From an uncultured Clostridium sp. (GTDB taxonomy: Bacteria; Bacillota; Clostridia; TANB77; CAG-508): a stretch of DNA of 64,000 nucleotides. This document shows, in pieces, positions 1 to 8,875 of the stretch (positions within the stretch are counted from its first letter, which is position 1; every line of letters starts with the position of its first letter). The position numbers and the translations under genes are program-made. Location: assembly GCA_946500265.1 (NCBI GenBank), contig CAMMVE010000001.1, positions 99-64,098 of the forward strand. Direction: 5' to 3'. A model generated the notes under the pieces. It was given only the letters and a program-made list of their open reading frames with translations. It ran no database searches and was not told the origin of the DNA.

Positions 1-37
1 CCCTGTGTCAGTGGTTCGATTCCACTTCAAGCCACCA
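1..37 (+). tRNA. 3' end of a tRNA gene (T-arm, acceptor 3' strand, encoded CCA); identity unknown because the anticodon lies outside the window
   Basis: T-stem AGTGG/CCACT around loop TTCGATT (10-26), 7-nt acceptor strand TCAAGCC, discriminator A, CCA at 35-37. Confidence 0.6.
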
Positions 38-60
38 ACGATAAATCATAGATATTTTTT

Positions 61-97
61 GAAGTAGTTTAAGCGCAGACTACTTCTTTTTTTATTT
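61..97 (+). terminator. Rho-independent terminator after the tRNA
   Basis: Stem GAAGTAGT/ACTACTTC followed by a T-run. Confidence 0.6.
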
Positions 98-279
98 TAA
101 CTCAACTATTGATGTTGAACTAGAATATCTGAAAAGTATTTCTGGCTCAATGTCAATAGGTAAAAATGGCAGAGCTATATAATTTCTTGTATATTTTTCC
201 AATTATAGCATATATTAATCCTAAGAGAACTTTAGGAAATTGTGTTAGGGTACAAAAGTGCTCAGAATAGGAGGAATTT

Positions 280-1131
280 ATGCTTAAATTTACAAAAATG
301 ACAGGCTTAGGAAATGATTATATTTATGTGGACTGTACAAATGGGACAAAGTTTAGAAACATACCAGAAATGGCAAAAAAGCTCAGCAATAGGCATTTTG
401 GAGTAGGCTCTGATGGATTAATATTAATAGATAAACCAGACAATGAACAGTCTGATTTTAAAATGAGAATTTTTAACAGTGATGGTAGTGAAGCCGAAAT
501 GTGTGGAAATGGAATTCGCTGTATGGCAAAATATATTCATGATAATGGGCTCTCGAGAAAAGATAAAATATCTATAGATACTATTGCGGGAATTAAGAAA
601 GTAAAAATCCTGGAAGACGATGATGGAGAGTGCAATGAAGCAATAGTGGATATGGGAGAACCAATTTTTCAAGGTAATAATATTCCATATAATATATATG
701 AACCTTTTAATAAAGAATTGGATTTGGATGTAAATGATGAAAAAATGAGGTTTACGGTTGTATCTATGGGAAATCCACATGCAGTGACTTTTGTAGAAAA
801 TGTAGATACTATACCAATAGAAAAACTCGGACCAATAGTTGAGAATAACCCTATTTTTCCAAATAAAACAAATGTTGAATTTGTGCAAATTATTGATAAA
901 AATAATCTTAAAATTAGAGTTTGGGAAAGAGGAGTAGGAGAAACGTATGCTTGTGGAACAGGTGCATGTGCAGCAGTAGTTGCAGGAGGAATAAATGGAT
1001 ATACTGGTGAAGATGTTACGGTAAGCTTACCAGGAGGAAAATTAGATATAGAGTGGGGAAAAGATAATCACATTTATATGAGAGGTCCAGCTACAACAGT
1101 GTATGAAGGTAGAATTAACGAAAGGCTTTAA
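280..1131 (+). CDS. dapF: Diaminopimelate epimerase
   Basis: 283-aa ORF with GNDYIYVD N-terminus and two Cys active-site contexts (MCGNGIRC, YACGTGACA); AGGAGG 5 nt upstream. Confidence 0.9.
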   Translation: MLKFTKMTGLGNDYIYVDCTNGTKFRNIPEMAKKLSNRHFGVGSDGLILIDKPDNEQSDFKMRIFNSDGSEAEMCGNGIRCMAKYIHDNGLSRKDKISIDTIAGIKKVKILEDDDGECNEAIVDMGEPIFQGNNIPYNIYEPFNKELDLDVNDEKMRFTVVSMGNPHAVTFVENVDTIPIEKLGPIVENNPIFPNKTNVEFVQIIDKNNLKIRVWERGVGETYACGTGACAAVVAGGINGYTGEDVTVSLPGGKLDIEWGKDNHIYMRGPATTVYEGRINERL

Positions 1132-1189
1132 TATAAGAAAAAGGAAGGCAAAATACGCTTTTCTTTTTTATTGCATAGGAAAAACATAC

Positions 1190-1233
1190 GTGAAACTTAG
1201 GTGACAGATTTAAATCTGTCACCTAAGTTTCAC
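1190..1233. repeat. Family-2 palindromic element (GTGAAAC..GACAGATTTAAATCTGTC..GTTTCAC), copy 1
   Basis: Perfect 44-nt palindrome centred on TTTAAA, 59 nt after the dapF stop; related copies at 11430, 16440, 20467, 61675. Confidence 0.8.
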
Positions 1234-1360
1234 TTCGCTCCATTCAACAAAAAAATGTGAAAAAAATACCATAAAAAAATGCGAAAAAACTCTTGAAATT
1301 TGTCACTTTATAATATATGATTTAGATGAATGCAAATTGAAAAAATTTGAGGAGGCACTT

Positions 1361-4075
1361 ATGAAAAAATTAGTAAAAATAATGGTATTTACAATGCTTA
1401 TTCTTTTAACTTGTTTAAGTATAAATTCTAAGGCAGTTACAACAGATATTAAGCGTACAGAATATTCTGACAAGTACAAAGAATACTTAAACTTAAGTGA
1501 TGAAGAAAAGAAAAATGTAATTGAACCTAGCAGATATGAGCCAATTTACTCTGATGAAGATAGTGGTCTTGTTGGAGAAAATAAAAATGTATTCAGAAGC
1601 ATGAAAGCAGTTAGAAATTCTATGGCTTCTGCATACGATTTGAGAGATATTATTCAAAGCAATTTAAAAATAAAAAACCAAGAAACTACTAATACTTGTT
1701 GGGCGTTTGCATCAATAGGAGCATTAGAAAGTAATTTAGCATTACAAGATTATAGAGCGGGAAATACAAACACATTATATGACTATTCTGAAAGGCATAT
1801 GACATATGGAATAATAAGAAACTTTAATAATAACCAAATAAATAAATATGGTTTTACCAGAGATGTAGAAGATGGTGGGAATTTTTATCATGCAGAAACA
1901 TATTTGACAAATGGAATGGGAGCTGTAAATGAAAGCGAGATGCCATTTGAAGATAATATGAACGACATAGATATATCAGAAATTCAAAATAAAAATGTTT
2001 CTACAACTTTATATGATACCGTTTTATTTGAAGACCTAACTACAGCGGAAAAAGATGAATTAATGTCAAAAATGAAACAATTTATTACAGAATATGGTGG
2101 AATATATGCGCAAATACATGGAGCTCAAATTATATCAGATTCATATAATAATAGCACAGGAGCTATATATTGCAATAGCGCAGAAACATATCCTATAGAC
2201 CATGCTGTTACAATTATCGGATGGGATGATAATTACAGTAAAGACAATTTTAATGCAAAGAATAAACCAGAAAATGATGGCGCATGGATTATAAAAAATT
2301 CTTGGGGAGAAGAAGAAAGATTTGATTTAGCAGAAGTTAAAGAATCTTTCTATAATCAAAATGCATCAGAATTAAATGGAATGGGATATAATTCACCAGA
2401 TGCAGTACCAAACGATTTATTGCAAAAATCATTTGAAGCAACATATGGAGAAGGAAAAGTAAGCATAGATGGTGATGAACTAGTATTAAAAATAGGAAAT
2501 GATGGCTATATGTACATTTCATATGATGATGCAAATGTATATACAGACTTATTTGGAATAGAAAAAGCAACAGATACAAAAGATTATGATAATATATATC
2601 AACATGATTTATTAGGTGCAGCAGTATCATTTGAACTTGATGAAAACAAATTATATTTAGCAAATAGATTTACAAGAAATGCATCTGATGAAGAAGTACT
2701 TGATAAAATTAGCGTATATACAATTCAAGAAGCAACATTTAAAGTATATGTAAATCCAAATAATGATGATTTTTCCGAATTACAAGAGGCTCAAATAAAA
2801 GCTGGAGATAGCATTACTTTAGAGCCAGGTTATCATGTAATAGAATTAGCAAATCCTATTAGTTTGACAGGAGACTCATTCTTAGTAGCAGTTAGTATGG
2901 AAACAAATGGGCAGAAAATTAAAGTAATGACAGAAAATAAATTAATTGATCCAAATGTTGAAGTTAATCTTAATGAGAGCTTTTATACAGATGAAGCAAG
3001 TTTTGCTTCAGGAGAATGGTTAGACTGGAATGAGGTAACAACAGAAGAAAATCATGCAAATATTTCTATAAAAGCATTTACTCAAAATGTAGAAGAGCCT
3101 ATAGAACTAACAAAAATAGAAATTACAAAAGCTCCAAATAAGACAAGATATACAGCAGGAGAAAACTTCTCGAGTACGGGTATGGAGGTAACTGCAACAT
3201 ACAGCGATTCATCTACTAAAAAGGTAACAGGCTATACAATAACAAATGGAGAAGACTTAAAAGAAGGTCAAACAGAAGTTACGATTTCATATACAGAAAA
3301 TAGAATTACCAAAACTGTTAATCAGGCAATTACGGTAACAGCACAAGATCAGGGTGGAGATGAAACAGACAAAGAGCCAGTACTATCAGATTTAAATAAT
3401 ATGAGAGTACAAGCCAACAATATTAATGTTTATTTTTATAAAGAATTAGAACAAGAAGAATATATGCAATTACAATTTACCATATCTAATATAGTTCATG
3501 GAAATGCAGAAACAGATTATACATATTACTATTATTTATCAGAGAATGACTCAAAAGAAAATATACAGAATTGGACTCAAATAAATAATTCAGAGGTTGC
3601 TGCAAATGATGGAAGCATCTCAATAACATTTACTGTTAATACTAAAGATATAGGAAATTATGATGAATTAGTTAAAGCAGATAGACTATATTTATATATT
3701 AGAGAAGTAGGAAGAGCAGGAGATACAACATTAGAGCAAACAAAAATAAATTCAATTGATGTAGATGAAAGATCTATAGGATATTATATAGATAATGAAT
3801 ATGCAGGAACTCTAAATGAGGTAATAGATAGTGACATAAACTTAGAAACACCAGATAGAAATCAGAGTGCAGAAATTTCAGACGGAACAAACGATGGAGA
3901 CTCATCAGGAAATAATACAAATAATAACTCAGTAGGAAATTCAGGAAATACTGATAATACAACTGCAGGAGGAAGAATACCTCAAACAGGAGTGATCTCA
4001 ATAGGACTAGCAATTCTAGCAATTGCAGGAATAGGCATATTCGCATATGTAAAATATAAGAACATGCTAAAATAA
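1361..4075 (+). CDS. Cell-wall-anchored papain-like (C1 family) cysteine protease with Ig-like domain and C-terminal sortase signal
   Basis: Signal peptide MKKLVKIMVFTMLILL after GGAGG; catalytic Cys context NTCWAFASIGALES; His context IDHAVTIIGWDD; C-terminus IPQTG plus hydrophobic helix plus KYKNMLK. The ORF-track start 1337 is an upstream alternative. Confidence 0.85.
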   Translation: MKKLVKIMVFTMLILLTCLSINSKAVTTDIKRTEYSDKYKEYLNLSDEEKKNVIEPSRYEPIYSDEDSGLVGENKNVFRSMKAVRNSMASAYDLRDIIQSNLKIKNQETTNTCWAFASIGALESNLALQDYRAGNTNTLYDYSERHMTYGIIRNFNNNQINKYGFTRDVEDGGNFYHAETYLTNGMGAVNESEMPFEDNMNDIDISEIQNKNVSTTLYDTVLFEDLTTAEKDELMSKMKQFITEYGGIYAQIHGAQIISDSYNNSTGAIYCNSAETYPIDHAVTIIGWDDNYSKDNFNAKNKPENDGAWIIKNSWGEEERFDLAEVKESFYNQNASELNGMGYNSPDAVPNDLLQKSFEATYGEGKVSIDGDELVLKIGNDGYMYISYDDANVYTDLFGIEKATDTKDYDNIYQHDLLGAAVSFELDENKLYLANRFTRNASDEEVLDKISVYTIQEATFKVYVNPNNDDFSELQEAQIKAGDSITLEPGYHVIELANPISLTGDSFLVAVSMETNGQKIKVMTENKLIDPNVEVNLNESFYTDEASFASGEWLDWNEVTTEENHANISIKAFTQNVEEPIELTKIEITKAPNKTRYTAGENFSSTGMEVTATYSDSSTKKVTGYTITNGEDLKEGQTEVTISYTENRITKTVNQAITVTAQDQGGDETDKEPVLSDLNNMRVQANNINVYFYKELEQEEYMQLQFTISNIVHGNAETDYTYYYYLSENDSKENIQNWTQINNSEVAANDGSISITFTVNTKDIGNYDELVKADRLYLYIREVGRAGDTTLEQTKINSIDVDERSIGYYIDNEYAGTLNEVIDSDINLETPDRNQSAEISDGTNDGDSSGNNTNNNSVGNSGNTDNTTAGGRIPQTGVISIGLAILAIAGIGIFAYVKYKNMLK

Positions 4076-4140
4076 TGTCGCTTTGGGGACAGGTCTCTCG
4101 CCGACATTTTGTCGCCACAGGGACAGGTCTCCGAGCGACA
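4076..4140. repeat. Family-1 GGGAC-core hairpin repeat, two tandem units
   Basis: TGTCGC..GGGACAGGTCTC..GCCGACA then TGTCGCC..GGGACAGGTCTCC..GCGACA; an inverted copy lies at 4730. Confidence 0.75.
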
Positions 4141-4248
4141 AATATTATTTTATTAGAATACAGTTGCTATAAAAAATCAGCAATTTTGAATTTTGTAAAA
4201 TTATATATTTCGCAAATAAGGAAAATGCAAAAAGAAAGGAAAGTTTTT

Positions 4249-4683
4249 ATGGAAGAAGTTACAATATATACAGATGGAGCATGTTCTGGAAATCCAGGTC
4301 CTGGTGGCTGGGGAGCAATTTTAATGCACAAAGATAATAAAAAAGAAATTTCTGGAGGATTAAAAAATACGACTAACAATGTAATGGAACTTACTGCTGT
4401 TATAGAAGCTCTAAAATTATTAAAATATCCATGCAAAGTAGATTTATATAGTGATAGTGCATATGTTGTAAATGCATTTTTACAAAATTGGATTACTAGT
4501 TGGCAAAAAAATAATTGGAAAACTTCAGGAAAAACTGATGTGAAAAATAAAGAACTGTGGCAAGAGTTAATAAAGTTAACTAATACTCACAACGTTACAT
4601 TTCATAAAGTAAAAGGACATGCTGATAATGAATATAATAACCGATGTGACGAACTTGCTCGTAATGCAATAGAAGGAGAATAG
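4249..4683 (+). CDS. rnhA: Ribonuclease HI
   Basis: MEEVTIYTDGACSGNPGPGGWG.. with conserved TNNVMEL and HADNEYNNRCDELA; the ORF-track start 4075 reads through the upstream repeat and is rejected. Confidence 0.9.
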   Translation: MEEVTIYTDGACSGNPGPGGWGAILMHKDNKKEISGGLKNTTNNVMELTAVIEALKLLKYPCKVDLYSDSAYVVNAFLQNWITSWQKNNWKTSGKTDVKNKELWQELIKLTNTHNVTFHKVKGHADNEYNNRCDELARNAIEGE

Positions 4684-4729
4684 AAGAATCTATTCTTCTT
4701 TTATGTTTGCTTTAGAAGGAAGATAATTA

Positions 4730-4760
4730 TGTCGCCTGGAGACCTGTCCCCAAAACGACA
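4730..4760. repeat. Family-1 GGGAC-core hairpin repeat, inverted relative to 4076-4140
   Basis: TGTCGCC T GGAGACCTGTCCCC AAAA CGACA; the core is the reverse complement of GGGACAGGTCTCC. Confidence 0.75.
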
Positions 4761-4846
4761 AAATATTATTTTATCGTTGTAAATTTTATAAGTTTGTGAT
4801 ATTATATCAGTAAATTGTTTTTATACAAGATGGAGGGGAATAGTTT

Positions 4847-6079
4847 ATGAGTAGAGTGCTGGGAATAATTGCAGAATATAATCCATTTCATAATGGACAT
4901 CTTTATCATATTGCTAAGTCTAAACAAGAGACTGGAGCGCAATATGTTATTGCAGTTATTTCAGGCAATTTTGTGCAGAGGGGTAATACTTCCATTATTA
5001 ACAAATGGACAAAAGCCAGAATGGCTTTACTTAATGGTGCGGATTTAGTTATAGAACTTCCTACTATATATAGCATTTCTAGTGCGGAAAATTTTGCGGA
5101 AGGTGCCATAAAAATCCTAAATTCACTTGGTGTTGTTGATACTCTTTCATTTGGAATGGAAGCAAATGATATATCTACATTAAATAACATTGCAAATGTA
5201 TTATATAATGAACCAAAGGAGTATGTTACGATGCTATCTCATGAGCTTAGCAAAGGAAATTCATATCCAAAAGCTAGAGAAAATGCATTATTACTTTATT
5301 TAAATGATATCAAAAGATATGCAAATGTAATGTCCGGTTCTAATAATATATTAGGAATTGAATATTTAAAGGCACTACGAAAAACGAAAAGCACTATCAC
5401 ACCAGTAGGAATAAAAAGAGAAAAAGTTTTATATAATGATAAATACATTGTAGATGAATTTGCTAGTGCTACAGCTATAAGAAAAATGCTGATGACAAAA
5501 GAATTAAACGATATTAGCAAAGTTATGCCTAGAAATTCATATTTGCTTTTAGGTGAAGAATTAAAAAAAGGTCATTATGTTATAGATATTGCACGATTTG
5601 AAAAAGAAATTATTTACACTTTGAGAAAGATGTCTGTTCAAGATATTGCAAAACTCCCAGATGTGTCTGAGGGATTAGAAAATTCTTTAAAAAATGCTGC
5701 AGATTCTTGCAACACATTAAAAGACCTCATAAATATTGTAAAAACCAAAAGGTTTACTCAAACTAGAATTCAAAGGATTCTTTTATACTGTTTACTTGGA
5801 ATTACAAAAAAGCAGATGGAAACTTCGAGAAAAGTGATACCATATGCTAGAGTACTTGGATTTAACAATAAAGGAAAAGAATTAATTTCTGAAATGATGA
5901 AGCTTAATCCAAAACTTAATATTGTAACTTCTGTAAAAAAATATATAGATACAGTTGCAAATAAATATTTGAAAGAAATGCTAGATATAGATATATTGGC
6001 AACAAACATATATACATTAGGATATTTTGCAGATTCTTATTCAAACTTAGACTATACAAATAAAATAGAAATTTTGTAA
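4847..6079 (+). CDS. tmcAL: tRNA(Met) cytidine acetate ligase (YlbM/UPF0348 family)
   Basis: LGIIAEYNPFHNGHLYHI nucleotidyltransferase motif and about 410-aa length. Confidence 0.85.
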   Translation: MSRVLGIIAEYNPFHNGHLYHIAKSKQETGAQYVIAVISGNFVQRGNTSIINKWTKARMALLNGADLVIELPTIYSISSAENFAEGAIKILNSLGVVDTLSFGMEANDISTLNNIANVLYNEPKEYVTMLSHELSKGNSYPKARENALLLYLNDIKRYANVMSGSNNILGIEYLKALRKTKSTITPVGIKREKVLYNDKYIVDEFASATAIRKMLMTKELNDISKVMPRNSYLLLGEELKKGHYVIDIARFEKEIIYTLRKMSVQDIAKLPDVSEGLENSLKNAADSCNTLKDLINIVKTKRFTQTRIQRILLYCLLGITKKQMETSRKVIPYARVLGFNNKGKELISEMMKLNPKLNIVTSVKKYIDTVANKYLKEMLDIDILATNIYTLGYFADSYSNLDYTNKIEIL

Positions 6080-6094
6080 ATAGAGGTAATGTAG

Positions 6095-6730
6095 ATGGTT
6101 ATAGGAATTACAGGTAGTTCAGGAGCAGGGAAAAGTACTATTTGTGAGATTTTAGAAAGAGATTATAATGTTAAAATCATAAATGCTGATAAAATCGCCA
6201 GAAAGCTTTCTAGAAAAGGTACAAATTATGTTATTGATATAATAAAAATATTTGGCAAAGATATTGTGGATGAAGAAGGAGAACTTAAAAGAAAAAAATT
6301 AGCAGAGATTATATATTCAAATGATGAAATGAGGAAAAAGCTTAATAATAGTACCTTTAAATATATCAGAAAGGAAATAGAAAAACAGATTAATAAACTT
6401 AATAAGAATTTAGTAGCTGTTATTGATGCACCTCTTCTTTTTGAAAGTGAGTTAGATAAAATTTGTGATAAAGTTATAGGGGTTATATCTAATAGAGAAT
6501 TGCAACTAGATAGGATAGTTGCAAGAGATAATATAGATTTTGAGGATGCAGAGAAAAGGCTAAATGCACAGCAAAATAATGAATTTTATATAAAAAAATG
6601 TGACGACATTATAGAAAATAATAACAATTTTTTATATATAGAAAATAGTGTTGAAGAAATTGCAAATAAATATGGGTTAGATAAATATGGAGAAAAAACA
6701 AAGACAAATATTACACATAGATGTAAATAA
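6095..6730 (+). CDS. coaE: Dephospho-CoA kinase
   Basis: P-loop IGITGSSGAGKST at the N-terminus, about 200-aa size. Confidence 0.85.
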   Translation: MVIGITGSSGAGKSTICEILERDYNVKIINADKIARKLSRKGTNYVIDIIKIFGKDIVDEEGELKRKKLAEIIYSNDEMRKKLNNSTFKYIRKEIEKQINKLNKNLVAVIDAPLLFESELDKICDKVIGVISNRELQLDRIVARDNIDFEDAEKRLNAQQNNEFYIKKCDDIIENNNNFLYIENSVEEIANKYGLDKYGEKTKTNITHRCK

Positions 6731-7907
6731 TGCTTTTTTAAGTTGGACAGCAATTGATAGACTTGCACAAGGAGAAAAGGTTGATATAAGAGAAATAGAA
6801 GCGGTAATCGGTGGAGATGAGAGCAAAAGATCTGGAATTGTGTTAGCAAAAAGCATGAAAGCAAAGAAAAAGGGTGTATCTACAGGAGAAACACTATATC
6901 AGGCTAGATTAAAATGTCCTAATTTGCAAGTTTTTAAAGGAGAATATAAAAGCTATAAAAAACATTCAAATGATTTGTATCAAATGCTTTCACAATATAC
7001 TGATAAAATTGAAAGATTTAGTATTGATGAGTGTTTTTTGGACATGACGGAATATTTAGGATATTCTACTCTACTTGATAAAGCTTTTGAAATAAATAAA
7101 AGAGTGAAAAATGAATTAGGTTTTACTGTGAATATTGGGGTGGCACACAATAAATTATTAGCAAAAATGGCTTCAGATTTTACGAAGCCGGATAGAGTTC
7201 ATACATTGTTTGAAGAAGAGATACCAACAAAAATGTGGACATTGCCAGTTTCAGAACTTTTTATGATAGGAAAAAGAACTTTACCAAAATTATATAACAT
7301 GAAAATTAAAACAATAGGAGATTTGGCAAAACAAAATAAACAAGACATGATAAAGAAATTTGGTAAACATGGACTTATGATGTGGGAATACTCGAACGGT
7401 ATAGATAATTCAGAGGTACATTATTGGGAGGAAAAACCAAAAGGGATTGGAAATTCAGTTACATTACCTATAGATCTTGTTGAAAAAGAGAAAATCGAGA
7501 GAGTATTATTAACCTTGACAGAGCAGGTTACATACAGATTAAGAAAATATAATATGTATGCAAATGTAGTGAATGTACAATTGAGAACCAAGGACTTCAA
7601 AGATTATTCACATCAAAAAAAGTTGATGAACGCAACTTCAAATACAAGAGATGTATATCAAACTGCAAAAGAGTTATTAGAAGAAATGTATAAACCTGGA
7701 ACATTTATTAGATTAGTAGGACTACGAGTGGACAATTTGGTAGATAAAGATGAGGTGCAATTATCTCTTTTTAGCAATGAAGATGATGAAAAGCAAGAAA
7801 AACTAGATGAAGTAGTAGACAAATTAAAAGAAAAATATGGATATAATTCAATTACCAGAGCTGGTAAGTTACATTCAGAGGAAGTAATAAAATTTAAAGA
7901 TGGATAA
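6687..7907 (+). CDS. dinB: DNA polymerase IV (Y-family)
   Basis: ILHIDVNNAF.., SIDECFLDMT, NKLLAKMASDFTKPD motifs; overlaps the coaE end by 44 nt. Confidence 0.9.
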   Translation: MEKKQRQILHIDVNNAFLSWTAIDRLAQGEKVDIREIEAVIGGDESKRSGIVLAKSMKAKKKGVSTGETLYQARLKCPNLQVFKGEYKSYKKHSNDLYQMLSQYTDKIERFSIDECFLDMTEYLGYSTLLDKAFEINKRVKNELGFTVNIGVAHNKLLAKMASDFTKPDRVHTLFEEEIPTKMWTLPVSELFMIGKRTLPKLYNMKIKTIGDLAKQNKQDMIKKFGKHGLMMWEYSNGIDNSEVHYWEEKPKGIGNSVTLPIDLVEKEKIERVLLTLTEQVTYRLRKYNMYANVVNVQLRTKDFKDYSHQKKLMNATSNTRDVYQTAKELLEEMYKPGTFIRLVGLRVDNLVDKDEVQLSLFSNEDDEKQEKLDEVVDKLKEKYGYNSITRAGKLHSEEVIKFKDG

Positions 7908-7932
7908 ATTGGAATTTGAAAATATAATAAGA

Positions 7933-7960
7933 GGCAGGTGAACAAACCACCTGCCAGTTT
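7933..7960 (+). terminator. Terminator after dinB
   Basis: GGCAGGTG AACAAA CCACCTGCC followed by AGTTTT. Confidence 0.6.
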
Positions 7961-8001
7961 TAGCTCAGAGTAAAGAAATTTCTTCCTTTGAGCAGCTTAG
8001 G

Positions 8002-8190
8002 CTAAGCTTTGGGGGATGGGAGCTCATTACAGAAGCAACAGTTAAAAGATTTTATGGTAGGATGCTGGGCAACCAGCTTGGATAGTCTGTAATTGTTAGT
8101 TGCATTTGCAAATTTACGGATTTTTAACAATGTATCTAATGGTGTGTTTGGCAAATGAGCAATTACATAATAGCAATCTGCTTGTGTCAT
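8002..8190 (-). CDS. Small hypothetical protein (62 aa), Cys-rich C-terminus (CCFC)
   Basis: AGGAGGAG 7 nt upstream of the ATG on the minus strand; no family recognised. Confidence 0.5.
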   Translation of the reverse strand: MTQADCYYVIAHLPNTPLDTLLKIRKFANATNNYRLSKLVAQHPTIKSFNCCFCNELPSPKA

Positions 8191-8352
8191 TATGTACTCC
8201 TCCTCTACATTGTAATTATTAACTCGTCCCCAAATAAAAGCTTATAACTAAATTATACTATAGATTTTATGTGAAGTCAAAATGAAAGTGATATGATTTG
8301 GTATAATTGATTTTAAATGACTGAAAATATTAAACAATTTTAATAAAGTGTA

Positions 8353-8381
8353 TTGCTAAAAAAATGCTGGTGGTATATAAT
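8353..8381 (+). promoter_or_regulatory. Sigma-A-like promoter for the leader region of the FN3 surface-protein locus
   Basis: TTGCTA, 17-nt spacer, TATAAT. Confidence 0.45.
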
Positions 8382-8462
8382 GTTAAAAGTTAGTAAGAAA
8401 AATATAAGAAGATAAACAAAGGAGATAGAAAGATGCAAAACGCTGAAAGTATTGAAATACTA

Positions 8463-8482
8463 AGAGAGAAAGAGAGAGAGAG
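8463..8482 (+). repeat. AG dinucleotide tract, AGAGAGA A (AG)6, inside a 22-codon leader ORF (8433-8501)
   Basis: Direct reading; homologous tract (AG)11 at 18202. Confidence 0.8.
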
Positions 8483-8628
8483 TATATTTAGAGAAATGTA
8501 ACTTTTTTTGTGATGCAAAAAAAGGAATTTTAAAAAATCAAATTGTAAAAAATATAAAAATAAATAAAGAAAAAATAAATTATGCAATGAGTATAATTTT
8601 GAATAGAAAAAGGATGGACTATGTAGAC

Positions 8629-8795
8629 GTAGAAGAAAATATAGAAAAAATTCTATGTAATACGAATAGTTCGTCCTTTTTATGACTAAAATCATAATGT
8701 AACTACGTATATATATGAAAATATTGCAACAATATTACAAAAATGTTACAGAAATATTACAATTGTATGACATTGAGAAAAAATGTTGAAACAAG
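8629..8795 (+). repeat. About 165-nt upstream module, copy A (second copy at 11637-11800)
   Basis: GTAGAAGAAAATAT..AATAGTTCGTC.TTTTTATGA..CAATATTACAAAAATGTTACAGAAATATTACAATTGTATGACATT aligns with the second copy. Confidence 0.75.
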
Positions 8796-8875
8796 AAATA
8801 AATAGATGTACAATAGTAATATACATCATAGAACTATCAAAATAAAAAAATAAAGAAGGAGGACAAAAGCAAAAA

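Noticed and set aside
4075-4248. N-terminal 58-codon extension of the rnhA ORF
   Set aside because: It is translated from the GGGAC repeat units (SLWGQVSRRHFVATGTGLR). The conserved RNase H sequence starts at ATG 4249, which has its own purine-rich RBS.
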